Source: an uncultured Clostridia bacterium
GTDB taxonomy: Bacteria > Bacillota > Clostridia > TANB77 > CAG-508
Length of the DNA stretch: 47,331 bases
Reading direction: 5' to 3'
Assembly: GCA_947624185.1 (NCBI GenBank)
Contig: CANQJG010000002.1
Span: 1 to 47,331, forward strand
Positions 1-8,718 of this stretch are shown in pieces. The position numbers and the translations under genes were made by a program. Under the pieces are notes generated by a model. That model saw nothing but the letters and a program-made list of their open reading frames with translations. It was not told where the DNA came from and did not search any database. Each line of letters opens with the position of its first letter. Position 1 is the stretch's first letter.

Positions 1-170
1 TGTTCACCTCTTTTCTTAAATGCTACAATCAATATAATACCATTTTATTCCAAGGTTTGTCAAGTCTTTTTTCAAAAAATTTTTACATTTTTTTCTATAT
101 TTTTTTGTAAATTCTTGTAATTATCTGTTATCAACACTTTACAGATTTTAGTATATAAAAATTTATGGTA

Positions 171-557
171 TTATGTTAACGATTTTTTAATTTTGATATT
201 ATTTTTTATGATTACTTCTCTTGCTACTCCTATAATAAATGCTTTAGTCGTTGGCTTTACTGACTTATATGTGTTAAAGTATGTGTTAATTATCTCTTCA
301 TCTGTATTAAAATACATCAATGTAATTAGCTTATTTAAGCACCATAACACATTATTGGAATTAGTATGAAACTTTTTGCCTATTGGTTTGTATACATAAT
401 TATTAAAATCCTTAATAACATACCTATTCTCTATTACTATTTTAATTGAGTCTATTAGATACTCATAAGCTAGTGAATTTCTTTTGAAATTAAAATTCCT
501 TAGTTCGAACAATATTTTTTCATATATTGAATCAACCACTTTTTCCAACTCCTTCAT
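171..557 (-). CDS. Spo0A C-terminal (DNA-binding effector) domain-only protein
   Basis: 128-aa ORF. The segment YEYLIDSIKIV...KPIGKKFHTNSNNVLWCLNKLI...KPTTKAFIIGVAREV follows the Spo0A_C helix-turn-helix layout. There is no receiver domain. Confidence 0.5.
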   Translation of the reverse strand: MKELEKVVDSIYEKILFELRNFNFKRNSLAYEYLIDSIKIVIENRYVIKDFNNYVYKPIGKKFHTNSNNVLWCLNKLITLMYFNTDEEIINTYFNTYKSVKPTTKAFIIGVAREVIIKNNIKIKKSLT

Positions 558-718
558 ACAATTTCTAATTATATTGAATTTTAATTTGAATAATAGTATT
601 ATTATATTGTAAATACATTATGTTACTATTTTGGTTATTACTATATCATAACTCTTGTTATGGTATGTAATAATAGAGATTCAGGAGCAAACAAAAAAAG
701 AGAATGGAGGAAAGTGCT

Positions 719-1156
719 ATGAAAAAATTGTTTGCATTGGTGTTCTCATTGGTTTTATGTGTTTCTATGTATGCAGTACCCGTTTCTGCGGCAACTGCAA
801 CGCCGGAAGAATCTAATCGGCAGGTTATAACAGTCGATGTGGTTTCTCCGATGAGTGTACCTGCTTCTACTGCTGGATACATTTCAGGCGGATATGGTAC
901 AAGGTCATGTACTTTAACACGACATTTGACTTCAGGTAGTATACAAGCCGCTGTCTCTTCAAGTACTGCTAGTGGTACTGTTGAATGCTGGGTTATTATA
1001 CCCAACGGGACATATCAGTATTTGGGTACTGTTCCAGCATCTGGTGGATCTACTCAAAAAGTTCCCTTTTACACTTTAGCAACTGGAACATATACCTTTG
1101 CTTTTGAGGCAACAACAGATGCTCAATTATACGTTTCTGGTTATATTTATGATTAA
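719..1156 (+). CDS. small secreted protein, unknown function
   Basis: ATG at 719 lies 8 nt after GGAGG (706-710). Signal-peptide-like N-terminus MKKLFALVFSLVLCVSMYAVPVSA. G+C is visibly higher than in neighbouring genes. Confidence 0.6.
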   Translation: MKKLFALVFSLVLCVSMYAVPVSAATATPEESNRQVITVDVVSPMSVPASTAGYISGGYGTRSCTLTRHLTSGSIQAAVSSSTASGTVECWVIIPNGTYQYLGTVPASGGSTQKVPFYTLATGTYTFAFEATTDAQLYVSGYIYD

Positions 1157-1165
1157 AAAATATTT

Positions 1166-1189
1166 GGCTTATGGGATTCCCCATAAGCC
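1166..1189. terminator. stem-loop between convergent genes
   Basis: GGCTTATGGG-attc-CCCATAAGCC, a 10-bp perfect stem. Confidence 0.55.
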
Positions 1190-1195
1190 TTATCT

Positions 1196-2095
1196 TTAGT
1201 TTATTTTAGTGTAATCTAATGGAACTTTAACATCTTCATCATTTACTGCATTTAACTCAATATTATAGGTATTTACATTAAGTTGTGCATTCTTATTTTC
1301 TTGCATTTCTATATTTTGAACTATTGGCAAATAAGTATCTTTAGCAAATTCAATTTCTTCATTATTTATTTTTAAAGTTACCGAATCCTTTTTTATTGTA
1401 TATAGTACAAGATTTAATTTTAATGCCAATTCTTTAAAATCCGTTACATCTTTTTTTATTATAGTTGGAAATAAACTATACATATATATACCATTTTCAT
1501 ATGGAGCTAACATATGAGTCTTTGCTTCACTATATGTTTTTTGTACATCATTAACCATATATCTATAATTTTGATTTAAATCAATATATGTAACAACTTT
1601 ACTTTCTATTGAATTAATATAATTTGATTGTATTATTTTGTAATATCCATCTTTATACCATACTTCTTTGCTTTCTGTTAAGTTTCCATCAATTGCGGAT
1701 TCAATTTTACAATGATAATTATTTGCGTTCATATACTGCTCTATTTTAGAGCTTATTGAATTAAGTACTATCATCTTGTAGCCAAAATATAATAGGTAAA
1801 GTACTATTAAAATTAAAAGAATAACGGCTATGACCTTAAAAAATGTTTTCAGATTAACCTTTATGAAAGTTACTGGACTATTTTTTTCATTTTTATCATT
1901 TCCACTTAATAACTCTTCTATGGAAATGTCAAGGATTTCGCTAATTTTCTTAATCTTTTGCATTCTAGGCATAGCCGTATTCAATTCCCACCTAGAAACC
2001 ATTTGTCTACTAACACCCATCATGTCAGAAAATGCTTCTTGAGACATACCCTTTTTCTTTCTGCCCTCAATGATCTTATCACCAAAAGTATTCAT
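1196..2095 (-). CDS. membrane-anchored XRE-family HTH regulator
   Basis: N-terminal HTH (KGMSQEAFSDMMGVSRQMVSRWE), one hydrophobic span (FFKVIAVILLILIVLYLLYF), then an extracytoplasmic domain of about 190 aa. Confidence 0.65.
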   Translation of the reverse strand: MNTFGDKIIEGRKKKGMSQEAFSDMMGVSRQMVSRWELNTAMPRMQKIKKISEILDISIEELLSGNDKNEKNSPVTFIKVNLKTFFKVIAVILLILIVLYLLYFGYKMIVLNSISSKIEQYMNANNYHCKIESAIDGNLTESKEVWYKDGYYKIIQSNYINSIESKVVTYIDLNQNYRYMVNDVQKTYSEAKTHMLAPYENGIYMYSLFPTIIKKDVTDFKELALKLNLVLYTIKKDSVTLKINNEEIEFAKDTYLPIVQNIEMQENKNAQLNVNTYNIELNAVNDEDVKVPLDYTKIN

Positions 2096-2342
2096 TTTTT
2101 TCTCCCCCTATTTTAATAGTACCTCCTTATAGAAATCTCTACAACTATAATTATAATATTTTTCATTTTGAAACACAATCAACTTACGGTTTGCAATTTG
2201 TCAACTTTCAGTTGTCAAAACGGAAATTTTATACTTTGTTGTAAAAAAATGTATAAAAAGAGGTCCACTTATATAATAACATAAAATCTAGAAAATTAAA
2301 GTCTATTTTTCGTCATATTTTAAAAAAGTTTACGTTTACATA

Positions 2343-2380
2343 AAGACAAAGTTTGCATTTTTTCATGCAAACTTTGTCTT
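2343..2380 (-). terminator. probable native terminator of tRNA-Arg, displaced by the prophage
   Basis: 15-bp perfect stem AAGACAAAGTTTGCA / TGCAAACTTTGTCTT. It lies just outside the distal att copy, downstream in the tRNA orientation. The following U-tract is weak. Confidence 0.5.
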
Positions 2381-2396
2381 CGTTTGATATTGAATT

Positions 2397-2410
2397 TTTG
2401 GTGTCCCCGA
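2397..2410. repeat. att core repeat (copy distal to the tRNA)
   Basis: TTTGGTGTCCCCGA is identical to 42080-42093, which is the 3' end of tRNA-Arg. Confidence 0.8.
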
Positions 2411-2521
2411 ACATTTATATATTATTTTATAATATTTATTATTATTAATTAATATCTAAAATGTTGATATTTCGGGCTTTTTTAATTTGTAATATTTTTT
2501 ATTATTTGAAAATATTTCTGC

Positions 2522-2543
2522 TATTGCATTATTTATTGCATTA
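2522..2543 (+). repeat. two TATTGCATTA repeats (candidate integrase arm-type sites)
   Basis: TATTGCATTA at 2522-2531 and 2534-2543. The same 10-mer occurs twice at 42000-42020 next to int. Confidence 0.45.
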
Positions 2544-2570
2544 ATTTTCTTGGAAAGTAATACCAATTCA

Positions 2571-3923
2571 TTACACTTTACTACAATAATTTAAACATAT
2601 CCAACCACTTGCTGTCAACCCCCAGTTGTTTTTTATTTGTGTTACAGTACATATTACTCCGTTCATATATCCATTGCAATAATAATTACCACGTTGCTTA
2701 TTTTGGCTTTTTGCATTTGCAGACAACTGATTATATGTCTTTGCTTTATAATTCGTTTCTGGACCAAATCTAACGTTTAAAACTGAAGCTGTTACTTTAT
2801 AATTTCCAGTTGTGTAGATTGAGCTACTGTTAGAATATAATTTTGTGACATAATCTAAACATACCCAACCTCTATCTGTCTTTCCCCAATTTCTATTCTC
2901 AGATGTTATTGTAATGATTGTATTTTTACTGTATCCACCTAAAATAGAATAAGATGTACTAGCTCCACTTCTTATATTTAATCCACTATTAGCTGTAACT
3001 TTTGCCTTATAATTAACTTCCTTTACATCTGTTGTTACATTATTATCTATAACCGGTGTTGTAGGATTTTCTTTTACATCTTCTCTGTCATTTTTAAAAC
3101 AGAAATAACCTTTGGCATTTGCATAATTTCTAAAATTATCTATACTACAATATACTGTATTCCCTGAGACTGTTACTTTATTCCTTCTTGTACTTGTATC
3201 AAATTTGCCAGCATATAAATATGGATCATATATTTTTAATGTATTTCCTTCTATTCCAACTAATACAATAAAATGTCCTCCATAAGTAAATAAACCTTGA
3301 TTGCAACTTGCTATAACATAATGATTGTTTTTTAACTTTCCTATTACTTCATCTAATGAACTAGATTCTGAATATTCAATATTAAATACATCTGCAGTCC
3401 ATTTAAAAGCACTCCAATAAGTTCCACTATTGGCACTTCTATATCCATAACTTACATACAAATCTCCTAATACATTTGGAGTAATTGCACCTCTTATACT
3501 TGATACTACCATTGCAGCTGATGCTGGTCCACAACCTGATGTTCCTATAGTTTGTGAACTATCTCCAATACTTGTATAAATATGATTTTTCCACCTACTA
3601 TCTATTTGACTATAATATGTAAGACCTGCATAATCCCCTAATTCTATATGTGATAATTCTGTAGAACCATTGTAGGCAATTTCTCCTTGCTCTTCAAAAG
3701 CTTCAGATTCTGTTTCCTGAACTTCTATTGTTTGTTCATCTAATGCTGTTAATTCAGGAATTTCTGTTGTAGATAAATTATCTTCGATTATATTTGTTAT
3801 TGTTTCTACTCCTTCTGATATTTTATCTACATCTTCATTAGTATAATTAATACCAAAGATTGCTGTTGCAATAGCTAGTATTAATGTAATTACAGATGTT
3901 ATGATTATTTTTTTCCTATTCAT
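2571..3923 (-). CDS. endolysin-like cell-wall hydrolase: N-terminal membrane anchor, C39-like cysteine peptidase, two SH3b repeats
   Basis: Hydrophobic N-terminus IIITSVITLILAIATAIFGI. SGCGPASAAMV...GGHFIVLVG...DPY papain-like layout. Two SH3b-like repeats ending WGKTDRGWVCLDYV and WGLTASGWICLNY. It is the last gene before att. Confidence 0.7.
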   Translation of the reverse strand: MNRKKIIITSVITLILAIATAIFGINYTNEDVDKISEGVETITNIIEDNLSTTEIPELTALDEQTIEVQETESEAFEEQGEIAYNGSTELSHIELGDYAGLTYYSQIDSRWKNHIYTSIGDSSQTIGTSGCGPASAAMVVSSIRGAITPNVLGDLYVSYGYRSANSGTYWSAFKWTADVFNIEYSESSSLDEVIGKLKNNHYVIASCNQGLFTYGGHFIVLVGIEGNTLKIYDPYLYAGKFDTSTRRNKVTVSGNTVYCSIDNFRNYANAKGYFCFKNDREDVKENPTTPVIDNNVTTDVKEVNYKAKVTANSGLNIRSGASTSYSILGGYSKNTIITITSENRNWGKTDRGWVCLDYVTKLYSNSSSIYTTGNYKVTASVLNVRFGPETNYKAKTYNQLSANAKSQNKQRGNYYCNGYMNGVICTVTQIKNNWGLTASGWICLNYCSKV

Positions 3924-4341
3924 TATTTTTCTTCCTTTCTTTCTTTCTTAAATCTCTTATAATGCCTTTTTCTTCTAGCTCATCCCATTTATCATCAACA
4001 TAACTGTCTCCATCTCGATTATTGTATTCTTCCTTCATATCATAGGCGTTTTTCATTTGATTTTTTGCTATTGTTTGTCCATTTTCTGCTTGTGTAAGGA
4101 AATCAACTAAATATGTTTTATAATCTTGTATAATATGTTTATTTAGTTCTTCCTTATATTCTTCACCGTTCTTTTTTACTTCATCTAAGATTGGCTGTTT
4201 TACTTTTTGTTCTAATACCTGATTTACTTTTTTTAATATATATTTTGCCAATCCTACTATTGATATTAGTAAACCTAATAATCCTGAAAAAAATCCTATT
4301 AATACATTTATGTTTGATATGTCTTGCATAAATTCTCCCAT
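3916..4341 (-). CDS. putative holin / lysis membrane protein
   Basis: Single N-terminal TM (VLIGFFSGLLGLLISIVGLA) followed by a charged tail. It overlaps the start of the endolysin gene. Confidence 0.4.
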   Translation of the reverse strand: MGEFMQDISNINVLIGFFSGLLGLLISIVGLAKYILKKVNQVLEQKVKQPILDEVKKNGEEYKEELNKHIIQDYKTYLVDFLTQAENGQTIAKNQMKNAYDMKEEYNNRDGDSYVDDKWDELEEKGIIRDLRKKERKKNNE

Positions 4342-4369
4342 TGACTTGTTCCTTTCTTTTATTCTCTAG

Positions 4370-4711
4370 TTAAATATCTACTGAATCTTTATATTTCTCT
4401 GTGGTTTTTAAATATTCATAAGCATTTTTTATATTTGTATTTTCATCATATTCCATTTCTACATAATCAGCTCTAACCAATACATCAATACCTTTTTCTA
4501 ATTGTGACTGTTCTTCAGGTGTTAATTCTCCACCACTAGCACTTTTCTTTTGTAACAATTGATATTCTTTTTCTTTTTCTCTTTGCTCTTTATTTATATA
4601 TGAATTTATTTCAATTACATTTACCATATTAGTTATTTTATTGATTACTGCTATTCTATGGTAATTCAATATAATTCCATTTCTTTGTTCTATTTGTTTT
4701 TGTAAAGCCAT
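4370..4711 (-). CDS. hypothetical phage protein
   Basis: 113-aa ORF between the tail fibre and lysis genes. Confidence 0.55.
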   Translation of the reverse strand: MALQKQIEQRNGIILNYHRIAVINKITNMVNVIEINSYINKEQREKEKEYQLLQKKSASGGELTPEEQSQLEKGIDVLVRADYVEMEYDENTNIKNAYEYLKTTEKYKDSVDI

Positions 4712-4731
4712 TTATCTTTCCTCCTTCATAT

Positions 4732-6151
4732 TTAATATTTATATCCTATAATTTTATATACAGGTATTTCATTTCCATTATTGGTAAACGTATTCAAAGC
4801 AGAAACATCCCAAAAATTAAGTCCAGCTGTATGAACGTGTGTTAATACTTTTACACCAGCCAATTTCATAACTTTTGATTGAAATTGTTGCGTTGTTCCA
4901 TCACCTGCATAATATATATTTAATGGGATTTGAGCACCAGAAGTATAATAAAATTTAGTCATAAACCAATATGTATTTTTTAAATAATATATTTCAATAT
5001 AATCATAATTACCCATAGAATAATTTAAATTTATAGTTCCAGTTGTACCTGAAGCATTATCGTATAAAATAGTAGCAGTAGGTAATGTAGGTCTATCTCT
5101 TAAATCAGAATAATTTCCTGTTTTTGATACCTTATGAAGATTTATTGTTCCTGATATTGTTTCAGAACTATTTGCTGATTGACCACTTGTGTTACTTGTA
5201 TTTAATATTGGTTTGTCTGATAATCCTGAATAAGTAGTTGTCCCTGCTGAGCCTGTAGAACCTTTTGAGCCATTTTTAAATTGTAACTTTGACGTAGTTC
5301 CATTTGATAATGTAATTGTTGCTTCATTCGTTCCACCGTCTTCAGTTGATGTGGTTGTTTGTTCTATTTTTGTTATACCTACTCCGTCTTTACCATTTGT
5401 TCCATTTATACCGTCTTTTCCATTAGTACCATTTGCACCATCTTGTCCAGATGGACCTTCTTTTCCTTGTAAGCCTGTCTCTCCTCTTGGTATTGAAAAA
5501 TCAAATGTTGTTGTATTTCCTTCAGTTTTTGGTGTTACTTTTGCATCTGTTCCTGCATCTACTGTTGTTACTGTTCCAACTTTTATAATTGGAGTTTCTC
5601 CGTTGTGGTCCTGTTAATGCTAATAATTGTTCTGCTGTAAAGTCTTCATATTTAAAGGCATCTCCCTTTGGTAAAACAAGATTAAGTTTTTGATTTGGGC
5701 TATTTCCTGTAATACTTGCTTTTGCTTCATTACCTTTTTCAACCGTTCCTATTGAAAGTACATTAGGGTCGCCTTTAAATTCACCAGCATCAACTCTACC
5801 TTTTAAATCTGTTATGTATTGTTCTCTAGCTGTTTCAGCTGTTTCTCTTGCTTCTTCATTTGTGTTTCGTTTACTTTCTTCGGCTTTTCTAGCATCTTCA
5901 TTTGTTTTTCTTATTTCTTCTTGCTCTTGTCTAGTTGATTCATTGCTTTGTCTCGTTGTTTCTTGATTTTGTCTGGTTTCTTCATTAGCTTGTCTTATTT
6001 GTTCATTTTCTTGTCTTGTTGCTTCTTGGTTATAAACATAGTCATCTATTTTATCCCAGTTCTCGTTCAAAGATTTTGCTACATCAAATAAATTTTTGTT
6101 TGTTGCTGGATTATCATGTTTAAATAAGTTTAAATTTGGGGTACTACTCAT
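4732..6151 (-). CDS. tail fibre / receptor-binding protein with collagen-like Gly-X-Y tract, encoded in two frames
   Basis: Frame 1 runs 6151..5603 and ends ...LTGPQ. The +1 frame 5601..4732 is open with no start codon and reads GETPIIKVG...GLQGKEGPSGQDGANGTNGKDG...MGNYDYIEIYY. The two parts join only if the C at 5602 is skipped. Confidence 0.7.
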
Positions 6152-8246
6152 TTTTTACACCTCCTTCTAATTGCTTTATCTTTTTTCCTTGTTCTTGAAC
6201 TATTTTCCACAATACAGGTATTAATTGTGTATAATCTAATGAATATATTCCCATTTCATCTTGTTTTATAGGTATATAATCTATTTCGTTACTATCAAAC
6301 GCTTTTTTCACATTTTGAGCAATAAAACCTATATGTTCTTCTTTATTTCTTTTGTATCTAAATCTCACAGGTTTTATTTTTTCTAATAAGCTAAAATATT
6401 TCTCATCTAATTCTTTAATATTTTCCTTTAAATTTTCATCAGAATTAGTGTATGCATTACTTGTAGTTAAATCTTGTATTGTTGCACTATTTGCAGTAAA
6501 TTTGTCTGTACCCAAACTTTGAGTTTGCATGCCCAAAAGACCTATAGATGTAGAGATATTTCCGCCACTATCTCTCAATATAATTGTCCTTCGTGCATCT
6601 TTGGAATTTATTTCAAAAGTACCTTTTATATCTACTTTTCCGCCTTCTTGTACTGCTTGTGTAGCTATCATAGTATCATATAAATCAATTTCTCCGTCAT
6701 TATTTAAGTCATATAATTCTTTTTCTGTATCAGTCAAAGTAATACTTCCTGTGTTTGCTTGAGCAATTTTAATTGCATCTTCCTGTGTCAAAGTATATAC
6801 ATCTTCTACTTCTGTTTTGTAATTTACACTTTTACCTTCAATATCAACTTTATCACCTTGTATAACAATCCCTTCTGTACTCATGTTGATTTTGCTGATA
6901 ACTTCATCTTCTCCGACTTTTTTACTGACTTCTGCATTTATTTCATCTGCGGTCTGCTTTATTTGAGATTGTAATGTTTCAGTATTACCATCTACTTTCT
7001 TATTGACTTGACTTACTGTATCTTGAATTGTATCTATTGTTTGCTCATGTTTTGTTAGTCTATCTGATGTTTCTGTTTGATTTTCAATTAATTGCGTTAT
7101 TTTTAAGTTTTCTGCATCTATTTGACTTTGTATTTTTCTATTTATCGATTTTTGAGATTCTTTTTTTACTGTTGTTTCTGTTCTTTGTTTTATGCTTATT
7201 TTATTTTTTATATCAGCTAAAAACCTTCCATTAAGAGTCATTTCTCCTTGATATATAATCGTTTTTCCTGCTATTTTAATTTTATCTCCTATATCTATTA
7301 CAGGATTAATTATTACTGTTCCTTCGAAACTATTAATTGTTAAATCTTTTATTTTGTCATATATCTTTTCAATTTGTTGTTCATCAACAATGAACATATT
7401 ATCTTGACTTATCCATAATGTGTTTCTTATCTCGTCTCCAAATTTAAAACTTCTAATGCCGTCTTCATAAGCTACTTTCGTTATTTTATATTCTTCTCCA
7501 AATTTATAAGTTTTAAATAATTTTAAAGGTATTTCTGCCTCGTCTTCTCCAATTGATTTAAAATATATTTTTCCGTCTCTTCCTGCACAGCAAAATCCTC
7601 CTGCACTTTCTGCTATCATTCCCATATATTCTCTTGCACTTATATTATTATCATATACAGAAATTCTTTTATCACTATTTAGAAATGAATCAGTTCCTAA
7701 TTCTAACCCTTTTTGGTTGCATATATCTTGAGCTATTTCTCCTAAAGTTGCATATCCATTTTTATTTATTAATTCACTAGCATCATAATAACCATTATTT
7801 TGTTCTAGATTTATCATATTATCTAATGCCTTTATATTAATAACATTATCATCTTCATCATTATAGTCATCTACATTATATATTCCTATTGGTATCATTT
7901 CATAATCACTATCATCTCTTGATAGTCGTCTTACTGGAATTTTATCAAGTTCTTGTACTGGTAAAGAATTAACTTCTTCAACTCGTAAAGCGTAATTTAG
8001 TAGTACCCCATACTCAACTCTTATAATTTTAGGTATTTTGATATTAGCTTGCTTATGTATTTGTATTTCTATATATTGACTCGGTGTACTTCCTAAACTT
8101 AATTCTTCTTCAAACAATATGCTACCTATTTTAAAGTCTGTAATATACTTAGAATCAATTAGAACGTCATCACAATATACTTTTATAATTGACTGAAAAT
8201 TATTATATATGTTTTCATCCCACCTTTTACTCGTCTGTTTGTACAT
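6144..8246 (-). CDS. tail-associated protein with C-terminal intramolecular chaperone (peptidase S74-like) domain
   Basis: 700 aa, positioned after the tape measure gene. The C-terminus ...PVRFRYKRNKEEHIGFIAQNVKKAF...LDYTQLIPVLWKIVQEQ matches the endosialidase-chaperone type of tail fibre end. Confidence 0.65.
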   Translation of the reverse strand: MYKQTSKRWDENIYNNFQSIIKVYCDDVLIDSKYITDFKIGSILFEEELSLGSTPSQYIEIQIHKQANIKIPKIIRVEYGVLLNYALRVEEVNSLPVQELDKIPVRRLSRDDSDYEMIPIGIYNVDDYNDEDDNVINIKALDNMINLEQNNGYYDASELINKNGYATLGEIAQDICNQKGLELGTDSFLNSDKRISVYDNNISAREYMGMIAESAGGFCCAGRDGKIYFKSIGEDEAEIPLKLFKTYKFGEEYKITKVAYEDGIRSFKFGDEIRNTLWISQDNMFIVDEQQIEKIYDKIKDLTINSFEGTVIINPVIDIGDKIKIAGKTIIYQGEMTLNGRFLADIKNKISIKQRTETTVKKESQKSINRKIQSQIDAENLKITQLIENQTETSDRLTKHEQTIDTIQDTVSQVNKKVDGNTETLQSQIKQTADEINAEVSKKVGEDEVISKINMSTEGIVIQGDKVDIEGKSVNYKTEVEDVYTLTQEDAIKIAQANTGSITLTDTEKELYDLNNDGEIDLYDTMIATQAVQEGGKVDIKGTFEINSKDARRTIILRDSGGNISTSIGLLGMQTQSLGTDKFTANSATIQDLTTSNAYTNSDENLKENIKELDEKYFSLLEKIKPVRFRYKRNKEEHIGFIAQNVKKAFDSNEIDYIPIKQDEMGIYSLDYTQLIPVLWKIVQEQGKKIKQLEGGVKNE

Positions 8247-8658
8247 TAGTTGCCTCCTTAATTGTCTGTTTTTGTTGTTCAGTCAATTCTTTTTGCATCA
8301 TATTAAAAGATACTTGCCAACTCGATTTAGAAGTGTCTTCATCTTCTCCTGTTAAATGCATTTTTGATTTTCTTTTACTTACTCTAAACTTTGCGTTTTC
8401 TAACATTCCCCCCATTACACTAGGAACCTTTATCGTGACTATCATAGGATTTTGATATGTAGCCTGTAATAATTCTTCTGCTTCTTCTTCTGTTAAATAG
8501 TCCCAGCTCATGTTACATTTAAGCAATCCAATTGCAATTGGATTGTCTATTAAACTTGCATCTGTTATTGATGTATAACTATCTTTATCAGTATCTTCTA
8601 TATCATCATCATAGCTAGATGGTGATTTCATTAACTTACCATTTAATTTCCAAAGCAT
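8227..8658 (-). CDS. tail component (distal tail position), function unassigned
   Basis: 143-aa ORF directly after the tape measure gene. Confidence 0.45.
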   Translation of the reverse strand: MLWKLNGKLMKSPSSYDDDIEDTDKDSYTSITDASLIDNPIAIGLLKCNMSWDYLTEEEAEELLQATYQNPMIVTIKVPSVMGGMLENAKFRVSKRKSKMHLTGEDEDTSKSSWQVSFNMMQKELTEQQKQTIKEATNVQTDE

Positions 8659-8718
8659 TTTTTATCCTTTCCATAATAAAAAGACATCTGTTCAAGATGC
8701 CTTTCTATTATTTATTAT

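Noticed and set aside
658-1005. 115-aa minus-strand ORF
   Set aside because: It overlaps the secreted-protein gene in antisense. The plus-strand gene has an RBS and a signal peptide, and this ORF has neither.
5351-5617. 88-aa plus-strand ORF rich in Pro/Ser/Phe/Val
   Set aside because: It is the antisense shadow of the collagen-like Gly-X-Y repeats of the tail fibre gene.
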